NCBI GenBank assembly: GCA_003344405.1
Contig: NOWV01000015.1
Location: 124,001 to 188,000 of the forward strand
Length of the DNA: 64,000 nt
Reading direction: 5' to 3'
Source: Trichoplax sp. H2
Taxonomy: Eukaryota
The notes beneath the pieces are model-generated. The model had not been told where the DNA came from. It did no database searches and saw only the letters and a list, made by a program, of their open reading frames with translations. Positions 1 through 14,900 of the stretch are shown in pieces; the stretch's first letter is position 1; each line of letters begins with the position of its first letter. Made by a program: the position numbers and the translations under genes.

Positions 1-3000
1 TTACATATTAGAGTAATTAAGTAATCAGAACAGATCTAAAGTTATTTTTAAATATTGTCTCCAAAGCAAGTTCGCAATATTATCGATTGGCGTTGAAAGA
101 AAATACAATGATGGTCTTGATAGACTATTATACGTTATACTGTACATTTCAAATATTAGAATATTTTACGAATTTTGCTGGGCAACTATTGTATCACTAT
201 AATCGGCAATAGCCAGTCAATATTATTCCATACCAAGGCTAGAAACAAGTAGAAAAATTATCCCGTCGTGAATGAAGTTGCTCTGACAACCCATAGAATC
301 AATTTCAAACATGACCATTCATCAATATTCAAATTTTGACCATTGACGTTGAATTTTTAAATAACGTAAAACTTGCTGTCAATATTATTACAGCGTTCTA
401 ATGTTAAATTAATTTACGATCATCATGATAACAAAAGACGTTAAACATGGATACATGTAAAAGCATAGAATTAACATTGTATAGTAATTATACTATTTAA
501 ACGGTGATAATAGCCAAGAATTGCTTACCTTAGTGGTTGACAGAAAGCTATATGTTGATATGGTTGTTGCTATTAACATCATGTCGGTTCAATGACAGTT
601 TCAATAATCCATTTTATTTGCATAAGAATCGATATCCAGTAGCCCTTTCGTCATTGGATAAGATCTGAATTCATTAATTTTAGCACGTAAAGCTACGAGA
701 TGAAGATAGTTAATTAAGGAGTGGATGATACTATAACACTTAGCAACCAAAATCACAACACCTAGTTTAACAATTGCTCAATTGTGCACCATGACATTGC
801 CAACATGGTTTGTCTTTATTTGACACTCCCTGTATATATAATATAGCCATGTTACGAGAAAAGCTTATTTTTATGCTTAAATATTAATTCTAAATTGTGC
901 AGTACCGGTAATTTGTACTATTAAAATTACTGACAGAGAAGGTTACAAGTTTTTGAAGAAGGAAAGATTATTTTTAACTTAGTAAGTTAAAAGCTTTGAA
1001 AATTTCCCATTTCGTTTGCTTTACACTTAAATAGCGTAATCTTATAAACATGATTTTATTTTCTCTTATAAAAGGACTAGTGCAAAATTTGATCTAAACC
1101 AAGATAGATTAAGAAGAATTAACAATTTTTATCCACAAACAGCCATTGTGATTATTGCTACTTTCTCACAAGGTAAGTTTTCGCTAAACTAATCGAGTAT
1201 ACTTAGAATAATGGACCATCAAGATGACAGGATAACCTGTTGCATTTAGCTTTTGGTCACTGAGAGTATTTAGAGTAAGACAGAATGATATTTTCGTATT
1301 TAAGACGACAAAAAAATCAATACTGCATAGCCTGTTGTATGCTGTGAAATGCATCTTATGAACTTACCTCTCTTACGCTGTGGCGTTTCTTGACGAGATC
1401 TCTTGTCGTACTATCATTTACAGATGATGTTAAAGACGATGTTAATTACAGTGTTTACAACCGCTTTGGGATAATATACTGAAATCATAACAGTAATTAA
1501 TTTTCTTTTATGAATAAAATCCTTAATTTTTCTTTAATAGCCGTCATGCTGTGTATAATCGTTTGCCTTTTACTTTGCTATCGTCATTTATTGCTAGTAA
1601 TATAAGAGCGATCTTATTTCATACATCAGTTATAATTTCAATTTAGCATTTGATCGCTCTGAGGCTCATTATACTGCCTCATGGAATCATCATCACCTTG
1701 CTTTAATTAATAAAGCAGATGAGACTGCTTTTAGAAAGTTAGAATACATCGGAGCCACCAATGATACATTGTCATAATAGCCGTATAGGATATCATTTCT
1801 ATTGGAATGGAGATTTATTATGATTAATTTTATAGTCAATCTTATGTTACTGAATCTAAATTGTACTACGTTTATTAATTTTTAAATCTTTCTGCACCTA
1901 AATTATAATAGTTTAATTTGATTTGTTCCTTGTTTTAAATTGACAAGACTATTTATACATGTAGAGAATAAATTCGAATTGGGAATGTTCAATATAAGTA
2001 CCATCTAATATTATTTAACGTGATTGGGAATATAGTACATTTAAATTTTATCGCTAGGGCCTCTGTTACTGATTCTAAATTATCTTATAACATTTTACCG
2101 ACCTCCGCGGTCAATAACTATATTAAATTTCTCTAGAGAAATTTCATGTAAAGCCATAGCTCTATCTCTTAATGGGGAGACCTACTACGTTAACGGAATA
2201 TTTTGTTCACGACTAATTACGACCGAATTTCTTAATTGGATACATGAAATAACACGATGGCATGTAAATAGTTAATACTAGTCGAATTAGATTTACTTAA
2301 AATAGCTTTATAGGCGTAGAAATGCTAAGCAACGTGCGAAAATGCCAAACGATTAGACTTGCGAAAAGGGAATGAATTCTCAAATGAAATCCGTTATTAA
2401 CACTATTTCGTTACACATATTTAATTGAAGTTACTGAAAAACGTCGCCAATTTAACCTGTGGAGCCCTATAAATAGGTAGTTTTAACTTCCTTAGTATCA
2501 TTCTCTCGATAAATTCAAGTTGGATAAATAATATATGACAGCGTTAAAATAATTTAGTAATCATTACTTCACACGGAAAAAATGACTTTAACATATAAGG
2601 GTTGTATATTGTCTTACCGGTAGCATGAATTAGTAGATTTTTTCTTCTTTATTAACTGTAATATGACATTGGTATAAAAATAATTTCATGTAGCTCTGAA
2701 GCCATTTTGCAGCTATTTCTCTAATGCTCATTAATAACAATAATCATAAAATGTAATTTAATACAAAACAATGTAGCACCTGGCGATGGCCTATGTACAG
2801 ATAATGAAAGGTAGAATGCGGTAATAGAAGAATAATCACCTTTAGAATTTATGTCATGTTTAAGGGTTTTACTGACGAGCTAATTATGCCCTCTTTCAAG
2901 CATTTGACCTTATTCTAACATTCTATTCTTTCCATAACTATTAAAATTCTTTCCTATAAGTGGTAGGAAAAATTTTTAACTTTCGCCAGACCTTAATATT

Positions 3001-4139
3001 GGAAGAAATTAAAAAAAGTTAATCTAAACTAAAGATGACCCCCTAACCCTTTCCCATTGGAATAATAGTTTATAATAATATCATAGATCGACAAATAGAC
3101 AAATCAGTCAGTTATTTCTCTATTAATCTATTATCTTAGCGCTTTTCAATATAGTTATGCAAATTTTGCCTGAATAACTAAGAATCGTAAAGAATGTCTT
3201 AATCAACGTGATTGTATCTAGCAATTTCTCCTTCAGTATCGCTATATAAAACATAAGTCATTCTCTTTGAGAATGCAACGGTCGTTGATGATGATATTTG
3301 CTATTTTTTCTAAAGAATTTCAGTTTATTCATTTTGAAAATATTTCTTAATCCAGCTATGGCGCTGAATCCATAGCAATTGCTATACAGAGTCACTAGCA
3401 ATAATGATCAAGTTGAGACGTAAAATTAACGAATATAGGATATTCCATTTAAATAAGAAATTGTATTAACCTATTACGACTAAGACTGAGTACCATAGTT
3501 GATTGTTGGCATTCTAGAGGGAATAATCAATTTTTAAATCTAAATTGCCATTATTGAACTCTGTTTAGTTATCCTCGTCAGAAACTGAAGTAGTAAGCAT
3601 TTATTATTCAAATTTGAAGCTATCTTTCATTCTCTATGGAAAATGACAGAAACAATTATTAGTTATTTGACCAGAAACAGTCAATACCTTTTCGTGAAGG
3701 TTAAGATCTCGTTAATGAATAATGTTGTTGATGTCATGAATGAACCGAAAAATTTTATACTAATTCTTCACCGACAAATTATCACGTTAATATCCAACAT
3801 ATCCTATATACGTTGACGTTGATAAGTATGGTTGTAATCTAATAAATCATCATAGATTAATAATTTATTTCATTTTATCAGTATGTTGTAGATTGCTAAC
3901 ATGCAGTTAATGTGATTATTAATTTACTCTATCGTCGCCGAAAAATAAACAGGAATAATCCATGTTATACATAGAATAGACTGCCATGAACATTGCTGAA
4001 TAGTTTTAATTTACGATAACTGATGTGTTGTCGACTACCTATTCTTACACAGATAAAGCAAGGCTATCATATCATAAATAAAGATGCAGTAATAATACTT
4101 ATTTTGCCCATACATCAAAACTCAATAATCTTTAATTGA

Positions 4140-4810
4140 ATACGATGATCACTTGAATATAATTGCCGGTTAAAAAACTTAGCGAGAATGGTACTCTGTC
4201 TTATATTACGTCGATAAACATGGCTATCATCGCATAAGTGAACGTAAACGTACGTGTATTAACAGGTTCATTTTGCCAATATATCAGACATTATTAATTT
4301 GCAATTTAATACAATCATCGCTTGAATATATCGCCGCATAAAAATTAGTAGCAACAGTGTATTATCCGATATCCATAAAACAATTTTTATCTTCTCATTA
4401 CTGAATATTATTAGTTTCCTATTTTGTCAACATATCAGATATCGTTAATACGTAATTGTAATTTAATGCGGTCATCGCTTGAATACATATATTGCTGCAT
4501 AAAAATTAGCGGAAATGATTCACTATTTGATGTAGATTAAACAAAGATTATCTTCTCCTACATGAAGGTACATCCATTGTTTCCTCTGCTATCAGTATGC
4601 GTATATCAGATATCATTAATATATAATTATTATTAATATAATCATCGCTTGAATATATTACCCACATAAAAAATTGGCGGAAATAGTTCATTATCTGTTA
4701 TAGATAAAATAAGGTTATCTTCACGTAATGATCATACACTATTAACTTCTTACTTTGCCAGTATCTCAAATATATTGAATCTGCAGCTTAACAATGCAGC
4801 CATCACATTT
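4140..4810. repeat. Degenerate tandem repeat, ~160-170 bp unit, about 4-5 copies
   Basis: Core atcatcgcttgaatata...cataaaaattag recurs near 4146, 4313, 4470 and 4641, with a partial copy near 4800. Confidence 0.75.
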
Positions 4811-4880
4811 ATTTACTACCCTTAATGACGATCGATTAGCAACATTAATAAAATTGTCTAGTGGCCATAGCCAGCGCTAT

Positions 4881-4982
4881 TTGTTTACAGCGACATGATG
4901 ATGCAAATATCACGTGATCCCTAGTTGTGGACATTCCAAATTTTACCAAACTTGGAATTTGAGGTTGCGTAACCATGGAGAC
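4881..4982 (+). promoter_or_regulatory. Putative promoter motif cluster: Fox site, E-box and RFX X-box-like site
   Basis: TTGTTTAC 4881-4888, TCACGTGA 4910-4917 and GTAACCATGGAGAC 4969-4982 lie in a locally GC-richer patch ~400-500 bp upstream of ATG 5393. Confidence 0.35.
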
Positions 4983-5392
4983 CATTTTGCGTTTTGGTTG
5001 TTTCCGCGGATTGCAACCACTTGTAGACATTGCTTGGGAAGATCCCATGTAGAGACAGCTTAGATTACAATAGTTTGCTTTATTTATGCATTTTTTTCTT
5101 ATTAAAACAGAAGTAAGACACTATTGACTATCGATAATTCGTGCATTACGTCGGAAAGCGTAGCATTAATTAAGTAGATCCATCAAAAGATTTAAGAAAA
5201 TTTTAGTATTGCCATAAATGGATAGGCAGTAGTGTAGAAATAGTAGTTGGTAAATGAAGAAGATAAAAATAGAAAAATAGTAGGATAATATTAGCGTGCG
5301 TCTGTAATGGAATCTTTTACTAGAAAACAAGTTAGAATTAAAAAATTGACTATACCGTAGTTACTAAAGTACAGTACAGTATAAACCTGAAA

Positions 5393-8300
5393 ATGGCGAC
5401 GAAACAGCGGGTTCATATGTAAGTTAATTAATATGTGCTCTTTATTACTACACCTACAGCCGCTGGAACTATTGACATGACATATTAATGATTTTATTAA
5501 TAAAAAATGGTCGTTTAACCAACACAGTTATTGCCATTAGGTCTTGGTTCTAAATCATACCTTAGTAGAGCCAAAAAAGTTTTCTCTGATTGCCATTACT
5601 TTTGTTCATCTCATACTAAATAATGATATAATCTTGAACCAAACAAATCTTACAGGATTAACTTATACTTTTTAATATCCGAATATATTCTTATCGTAGT
5701 TGTAGACTTTCGATATGAAGGTGTAATATAATAGGAGTTTACTAGCCTTTGTAGGCTTCTTATCAGTATCTCTCAATTTTGTCTAACAGCCATATTCTCA
5801 ATATTTATAGGAGTAGCCAATTTCCCAAGAATAAAGTCATATATAGTCACTCGAAAAATCAACGCGTCGTCTTCAGTAGGCAAGTGCCAGCTCCTTTTAC
5901 TTTATCGTCCGAGATTAATAGAAGGAGCGCTCTGTCTACAATATCAGGTAAGCGAATAATTAATTATGTAAATATAAATATGCTACCATTTCATCCTTTG
6001 TCAATTCCAGATTCGCTCTCTAGATATTAACGATCTATTTTTCACGGTTTACTTTAGGCTTTGGTAAAAATCGTCCAGTAAAGAAAGGAAAGAATTCAAT
6101 GCAGGGATTTTCCAATATTATAGCTAACTTTGGCAGCCAGAGCAAGGGCAACTTTGTTCAAAGCTATGGCAGCCAACGACCCACAACCAAAAATAAACCA
6201 TCCACTACCAAGTCATCGGTTGCTCTAGTTCCTCCTTTGAGACGATTTATGACAGCCGTTTCAAGTGCTCATTCTACAAAAACCACTAAGTCTGCCATTA
6301 AAAGTGGTCATGCTTCATCAAAATCGAACGCTTCTCGTCAAGATCGTTACAGTACTGGCAAAGATAGCAATAGAAATACAACTGCTGTTAGTCGTGGCAC
6401 TGATGGAATGAAAAGTAATCAATCATCAAGATATAGCCAAGTCAGACCATCGAAAAAGTCAAACGATGCCACAGGAATTCCAATGTATTCAAAGTTACAG
6501 TCTAGACTTCACGATAGTCGTAGGCCAAGATTGCAGCCTATTGCTGAAACTATTAAGCAAAAGCCACGTAGTCGACGTACAACAAGCGAAATTACTCGTG
6601 TTTATTCATTAAGCACGCCATTTAATGGGCCAACAGCAATGAAATCCAATAATGGTCATTTATCAGAACGTCATTCTAGGCCTGATAATGATCGTTATGA
6701 TGCCAATAAATCGGTTAAAAAAGAAGATAAGCCGAAACAACCTATTCCAACATTAAAGTCTCGCTTACCTAAATCCGTATTTTCATCCATGGTCGTTGGT
6801 AGCAACAAATTCGGTCAATCTAATCCTGATGATAATGATGCCAATAAACTTGAATCACAACCGGAAAAGAACAATAAATTCTCCCAAAATGCAAAGAAAT
6901 CTTCAAAGCCTCTACCCTCCTTTGCAAAAAATCGTCGTGCACGTGGTGCTGCAAGTGATTCCGACCTTAGTAAAACCAACAAAAAGCCGACTAAACCATC
7001 CAAGCCCAAATATAAATCCGATTTACATTTGAACTTCTTACCAATCAATCTGTCTTATTACAAAGATTATGGTGTTACTGAACCAAAATCATTGGGTATG
7101 AAGAAATGGGCTTCTGATGAAAAGATTCGTAAATCTCCCTACAAGTTAAATCTTAAAGTCAACCCTGAATCTACATCGAATGGTGGCAAAATTCCTTCTC
7201 CACGCGATGAACGCCGTAAATTATCATCTGAAAATCAAAATCTAGCCATTAGCCCAGCCAATCAGGAACTAATTAAAGGGCTCAATCGAATCTATGGTAA
7301 ATCAGTAAAACAGAACTTATTGCGTGGAAAAATAGCTGAAAAGGTGCGCCATGCACAAGAAGAACAGAAACTCCGTGAAAAAATACAATCCAAGAATGAA
7401 AGGCGCTTATCGAATATAAAAAAGAAGGAAAGGGAGGAAGATATCCGTAACATTAAAGAAAAACATAATAAGGATTTACAAAAGCGCTATGCCAATACAC
7501 ATATGTCGATGAAAGCATTATCTATTGCTGTTATTGCCGGTATGAAACTAAAGCAAGGATGGATGCCGCGAGTGGATGATTCTAAAAAATCGCAACCATT
7601 GTACACAACCACATCGATTAAAAAGCCTAAAAGTGATCAAGATAAGGCTAGTTCTGTTGCAAGTTCCAGAAATTCGATCGCTCTTCCTGCGGAGGAGGGA
7701 CATAAATTTTTACCAGCCTTGGATGTGAAGCATGAAACGCAGCAACCGTTGAGCTATAATCTCAGCAATCGAAATAGCCCCAAGTCTATGTTTAATCTAA
7801 GAGCAGAGGATGATGAGTCGATCTTACCACGACTAAAAACTCCTCCAGATTTTTCAAAATCGCTTGATACCCTGCAAAGAGAGATTGAATTGCCTAAAAC
7901 GCCTGATTTTCTCGATAGACAAACATTACATCTCGATGACGATGATGACGACCAAATTACTAAGAGTGACAATGACAAACATGTCAAATTTAGTGACATG
8001 GACGATAATCCTGTCGTAGGAACGACATCAGGCTACTCGAACCCGCAGTCTCCTATCCTTTCAGGTAAAATAGTGTAGTATGGCCGAAATGATGATTATG
8101 GGCCTCGTAGCTTACAGTGCTTATAATGTTTTGATAACTTATTCAACAGGAAGTTCGAGAGGCAATAGCCCGATACCTAATAATTCTGTTGTGTTGCCTA
8201 AAATCTCATCACGAGGTATGTCTAGACTACGATTCCTACTAGTATTCATTGGAAGTTTTGCAGATGTGCTCCATTTATAATCCCTTTAAAAATTATTGAA

Positions 8301-9792
8301 ATATTCATACATATGCTGACCAGTGATAGATATAGATGACAATAAATTAGTAGATATTTATTGCTAGTTTAAAATAGAGGTGAAGAATAAATTACTAGAT
8401 CTTGATTACTGGTCTAAAATAGATGAAAATAAATTATTTTATCTTCATATAGATGAAAAATAAGTTACTACTGTTTCGTTATTTCGTCTTTTTTGTTTTA
8501 ATTGGTGGATTATCTTAATTACAGATAATAGTCCACATGGACCAAGAAGCTCAGCGCCATCTGATGAAGGTAGGAAATTATCGAGCAACGGTGATGATGC
8601 GATAGCTAAGCGATTAGCAGCATTGAGGAAAGGATCCAAAATCGGAAGTGGTGAAAGTAGCCATGATTTATTGAGCTCGCAAAATGGTCTTGAGCAGAGG
8701 CTAAAGGATAATAAATTGATAGATGACGATGCAGATGCCGATAGCAGCAAGGGCAGCTTAACCGAAGTACCAGATATCATACAGCAAAAGTTAAAGGAAC
8801 TTAAATTAAAGAATCGATTGGATAATCCTGGAGATAATTCATCGGATATCGATCAAGGCGATAGTAGGCGCAATAGCAGTGTATATAGTTTAGGATCACT
8901 AAGGACAAACCAAAGGCCAGGTGCATTAGGCTCTGCTAGTAGTGGTTACGCTAGCGAAGGAATTTCACATTTGCCGTCCACAGCTACTGATCCAATCCGT
9001 GTTTTACCAACTCTGGGTAATGATAGTGACAAAATAAACAATGTAAGTGGAGCAGTTAAAAGCAGTTTACAATCTAGATTAGCTCGACTTCGATCCAATC
9101 TGGATAAGAACAGAGCTGGAAGGCCATACAAGCCTCTTAGTCGTAATAGCAGCTTAAAACAGTTGGCTCTGGCTAATAGCAATGCCCAGCAAGATTCGAC
9201 TGCAACACCAACGAGTTTTAGAGCTGAATCTCAAGTAGATCAAGTTCAATCTGGTATAGCAAATTCCAATAATAATGATGATGACCATGGTGATACGTCA
9301 AAGTCGCCAATTAGCTCGTTTGATTTATTACAAAAATTAAAATCGAACGCTGACAATCATAGTGCAGGCAGCAGACGCAGCAGTTTATTTGATACGGATG
9401 GCGGAGTACAGAAAAAGTTAGAAATACTCAAGAATAATCTAAACGATACTCCTGGATATAATAATTACAAACCTAGTAGTGGCAGTCGTATTGGTAGTAG
9501 ACGCACTAGTTTGTTCGATGAAGAGGAGGATGTTGCTAAGAGATTGAATGATCTACGTAGTAGTTTAAATGATGATAAAGGATTATTTCAATCGTCTTCG
9601 CGTCCCTACACTGGCAGTAACATCGGCAGTAGGCGAGCTAGTTTGTTCGATAATGGTGGAGATATTCAGAATCAATTAGATTCCTTAAGGGATAACGCCA
9701 GTTCTAACCAGGGATTATATAATTCGCAATCACAAGATCTCTTACAACAGAAACTAGCTGAATTACGATCGACAGCAGCGGTCGAAGGGTAA
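5393..9792 (+). CDS. Large Ser/Lys/Arg/Asp-rich, mostly disordered protein of unknown function (~1,150 aa, 5 exons) with a short coiled coil and C-terminal GSRRxSLFD repeats
   Basis: Phase-compatible GT-AG exons 5393-5418, 5811-5947, 6058-8064, 8150-8215 and 8525-9792 join the ORFs at 5779, 6099, 8080 and 8623 into one frame (MATKQRVHMSSQFPK...STAAVEG*). No family recognised. Confidence 0.7.
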
Positions 9793-11156
9793 ACCATGAC
9801 GGCAAAAATAGCCGCAAATAATTAACTTTAATATTTTTTGAATAGAGTATATATATACACGCGTATCCAACCTTAATCCAAGCTGGATTTATTGTACGAA
9901 AATTATGCAATTATGAGCGTTAAAAAACATACTATAAATGTAGTATGTCCTGTGGATAATTGTAATCTTATCTATGATCAGCATTTTACCTATTTAAGAT
10001 GATGCTTGCAAATGAATATGACTATGTCTATTGGAATAATTTTGACACATTATTTTATGTTAATACAAAGATTGTTTAAACAACTGTATAGTACAATGAC
10101 AACTTGACGAAAGAATTCTAAAATTTTTTGATGAAAAAATCAATTTAATATTATTTCCTTTTCTGCAGCCGTAGTTTATATTAATATTGATAAAGCTATC
10201 ATGTTAAGCCTAAGATTATTATCTATTCTCCCTGTATCATATATCACCCATAATTATTGGACGAATAGTTCTATTTTCAGGTAATAACTGATAACAATTT
10301 AATCTTATGAATGGAAAGAACATTTCTATTCAACTCAAATTGACATGGAATAAGGATAATAAAATGAGCTATGATATTACCTTTGATCTGTTAGATTGTG
10401 ATTAACTTGAATGGATTCATGATACGCGAGTATTCATGACTAGTAGGTAGATATAACCGCAGAATAACATGATGATGCTCGGAAAGATTGACACTGATGT
10501 TTATACACATATCCATTAGTCATGAATCGATATAGTAAACTGACTGGTCCATAAGATAGAGATGTATTCCTACCTGATGTCCAGTTTAGCTTAAAATAGG
10601 ACATCCAACACTACTAGCAAATTGCCAGTTGAAAATTCATCGATTCTACGTTGGTAGATGCATAAAACATGGATTATTTATCAGTTTCACTTATATATTT
10701 ATAGTAATCCTATTGACACGGAGGACATCATTGCTACTACTTCTGTATGCGATTTTCAAGTGTTCCAAATCGAAATTTGTAACGTGAAAGTTAAATTAAC
10801 GCGAGGGTCTCAATAAATTACTACCACTTTTGGGGACATGTTAGTCAACACTTTGTTATTGCACTACGCAAAATTGCTGTCATTAGCTGAAATCACTACA
10901 TGAACCAACAGAACTTTTGTATTCGTTTAAAGTTACACAACAGTAAAAGAGGTTAGAACTAGTAGTCCAATCGGAAGATAACAACTCATGTCAAATATCG
11001 TAAGCAGGACCTTACTTATCATTGCTAGTCTATCGCTTTCAATAATATTAATATGTACTCAGATCGACGAAGAAATTCGATCATGGTCAACGTTTGCTAT
11101 GAACTTAGAAATTAGTGTTCACCAGCTAATGGAGGAGCAGTTTCAACGCAATGTTT

Positions 11157-11361
11157 CGTAATATAAGCTTAGCCTAACTAGTCCATCCTTATTGGTGATA
11201 TTATTTTTGCAACTTGCAGCCCCTGCTAAGCTTTATGCAGTAGAATCTCCAAAATGGCTAACATAAACAGTAAGAAGGAAGTAGTCGTCCACTGTCGTAG
11301 CTTGCCTGCAAAAATAATGTTACCAATAACGATGGGCTAGCTAGTGTAAGCTGGTGTTACG
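11157..11361 (+). repeat. Imperfect 55-bp inverted repeat with ~95-nt spacer (hairpin RNA or MITE remnant)
   Basis: Arm 11157-11211 matches the reverse complement of 11307-11361 at about 45/55 positions. Confidence 0.75.
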
Positions 11362-11998
11362 ATCGCTACTAGGGTGACATTATTTCTGCTAGCAATTTGC
11401 ACCCGCTTAATCCTGGCCTAGTTGGTTAAAACCACTGACAGAGGATCATGTTTGAGTAGTACAACTCTACTAAGAATTTATGGGAATCTCTCGTTGCTAC
11501 CATCGTCGGGTGGGTAGATCTCTTCAATTTCCAGTTAAAATCCCATCAACTGGCGCTCACTGTGGCCATCATTCACGAGTAAAATCGATTGCATCGGAAG
11601 AAATCAGACACCCATAGCAGGACCAGTTGATCTGATTAAGCCAGAATAGTGTTGTTCTACCAAGTTTAACCGTAGTGGTAAAGTCAAGAATCAAGAGTAC
11701 GAGGTACTACTTGCTTACACTAGGTTTGAAGTGGGTGTTGACTGGTGTGGCTGCAATCTCTTAAAGTAGAAGTCAGCAAGATCGAGCAGTATTACTGAAT
11801 AGCCATCTCCGATCCTGTTTATTTACTCAAATATTAGTTGAGGATAGACAATACTACAGTATATACTTTCCAATTGATCTCTATCGTCTGCATTTGATTG
11901 GAACTTGAGACAAGGAAAGATTTGCACGTTATTATTATCGCACAAGAAGGAGCAAGTGATTAAATCAATCAACTATCGTCCTGAAATACATAATTATA

Positions 11999-14900
11999 AT
12001 GGACAAAACTGCTTATCCTCCATTTACTCTCGGTAAAAGTAGATTTGATCAGGTAAGAACTGGAAATGATAGAATAAACTTATCGCTATTGCTAATAAAT
12101 TACGACTCCCAAACGATTCATCATAGTAGAGTACACGCCATATACTGTACATTTCTACTGCAGCATCTACAGTACTTGCAGTATCAGTGGATGTCTAATA
12201 AACGGATTTCTATTAAAAAGTTGAACGCTAGAGTCATATTGTGCCGTTATTTAGCACTAGTAGAACATTTTGGGCATGTGAGACCGTTTCTACTTTGATT
12301 TCTACAACTTTTCGATCGAGTTCACTTTTAATTTACGGCTTAATCAAGGACAGATTACGTCGTTAAATTTGTAAACTATAGATGCCTTATTTTTCCAACT
12401 GATATTAGAGCATTTACAGAGGACGATTAAAATTTGAACTTATTCCACACTTAGCTTTTAAAGCAATGTATAAAATGACTGACTTCATTGGCTCTATTAG
12501 TCGACATTTTTAGGTAGACTGCGCCATTTCTTAGATGTAACCGATCCAAGAACATTATTCGTGAGTGAGGTAAGATAAGATTGAAAATGAACTAAAATCA
12601 GTCTTTTAGGTATATATATAATTAATAAAAATCAATGTGTTATAATAGATTCATAGTGTAAACGACTGCATCTACTACATTATTTGGATTCGATTTTTGC
12701 TTCGATTTATGCTTCTATAATTTAAGATATAATTATCAACGTACTGGATATGAGTACGATAATTTAAACGAAGCAAAGTATTTAGCTGATGTATATAGAA
12801 TGCTAATAATTTTACTTTTATGCCTTCACACACTCAACCTCATGATGCAGAAGCAACTTCAGGACTCTATTAAACTATTAAATGAATACAAGATAGGCAA
12901 GCTTCCTGATGGGGTTACAAATGAGCAAGTAGGATAACAACTTATTATTAACATAATAATAATCTAGAGAGATTCCTCACATTTATCGTTGACTTTGTCG
13001 ATAAATCTACTTAATTGCCAACGATATTTGGTTTGACATTAATCAATATCATTTTTAATGAATTATTAGCTATGGAAGGCTCAAAAAATTAAACAGGTAC
13101 TCAAGGTTTTTAGATAATTATCAAATTTATGGAAGTAAATATCTAGTGTATTCTATGATTATGATGTTGCTAAAAGTTATAAGATGTAGTAGGATGATAG
13201 ATGGCATCTAACATCTTTACATCGCAGCCTTGACCTTTACTATTTATAATTCCTTGCTTTACAGGCTATAATTCACCCAGATACCAATGAAAAAATATTC
13301 ATGCCATTTAGAATGTCGGGTAAATTATTATTATTACTTATTGAAATAATAGACTATTTATGCTATATAGGAAAAAATAGATAATTAATATTATGGTCAT
13401 ATCATCGGCGATAATGAACAAAACTGCTTTCTTGATTTGCTCTTCTGCGCAGGATTTGTCCCATTTGGTACTCCGATTGTAAGACTTCAAATTAATTCTA
13501 CTGCTTTTAATCTTATTGATAAAGTGTCTGTATACATTTATTACTCTTGATGTAATCTTTCTTTAAATATAAAACATTACTCCTAATTGATACTGCTGCT
13601 GCATTAGGTAGTCGGATTATTACTTCCAAATCCCAGTATGAAATCAATCATTTTTTGGCAGGTTGGTATAAATAATTGCTTTTGCTTTCATTTGAACACT
13701 CAGTGTATATAAAAATTGACAATTTATGATTTGCTTTGTTTCATTCTGTAGTGGTTAAATCAAAGTCATAATGCTTGCGTTAATTATGCAAATCGTAACG
13801 CTAGTAAAGTAAGTGATATCACATATTTTTGCGTAGTGGAATCAACGCTGTATCAGTCTAGCTGCTAACAAATGTTCTAATTCGTATGTTGATTGCTAGC
13901 CAACTCCAACAAGTGAATTTGTTGCCGGTTATTTTGCAGCAATTACGAGTGCGATAACCATAGCGGTAAGTGGAGTTAGTGATTATTTAAAGGATTTATT
14001 AATCGGCTAGTATCTTATTTTGCTATTGGATCGTAAGATAGATGCTATACGTCTAATACATTTTATTGCTATCTAACTTTTACACTCAAAAAAATGCGCT
14101 TATATCTTCCTTTCATTATCATCTTTACAATTACAGCTTGGTTTAACGGCAGTAATTAAAAGAGCTGATCGTTTTAGTCCTGCTACTCGCAATGCTATCC
14201 AGCGTTTTGTGCCATTCCCAGCTGTGGGTAATGTTGATATTTATACACTTATAAACAGACTTGAAGTGATATGATCTACCAGTGGAGATTAATTCGAAAA
14301 AACCTTTAAACCCTTCAACTACAGTAATGCAGGGTGCGTATATCGTTTCTGATCGACTATCTCTTAATTTGACTATAGCATCTGCTAGCGTTTGCAATGT
14401 TCTATTCATGAGAAGAAATGAATTATCTCGTGGAATTGAAGTAGTAGATAAAGATGGCAATACAGTTGGAACTTCCAAAATTGCTGCTAAAAAGGTTTCT
14501 TGTAAATTTGTTGCGCTTATCAAACGAACCATTAATAGAATGATCCTTTAAATATCCTAATTAGGCTTTAGTTGAAATGGCCTGCACACGTGCGTTCTTG
14601 CCTGCTCCTATTTTATTACTACCTACAATTGCAATGCAACTTATGGAGAAGTAATAACGCATTCTAGTCCTCGTATTTTCGTTGCATTAGTTTGATCCTA
14701 GTATACGTTGATTTTCAAGACTGTTGATATTAATAAGTTTGCAACGGTTTATCATAACAGAACTAGATTTTTAAAGGCCAATCCACGTTTTCATTTGCCC
14801 CTGAATGCAATCTTTTGCACCATATCGTTTGGACTAGCTTTACCGCTAGCCATTAGCCTATTTCCTCAAATGTCTTCGGTAAGGATAGCATTTCCGACAT

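Noticed and set aside
529-1420. Minus-strand donor and acceptor sites suggesting 5' exons of a gene leaving the window
   Set aside because: Only an 18-codon open stretch and no recognisable product; cannot be supported
6796-9910. Antisense and alternative-frame ORFs within the large disordered gene
   Set aside because: Shadow ORFs of the real coding frame
11405-11480. tRNA/SINE-like A-box (TGGCCTAGTTGG, 11414) and weak B-box (GTTTGAGT, 11450)
   Set aside because: No cloverleaf or acceptor stem could be built and the B-box is degenerate
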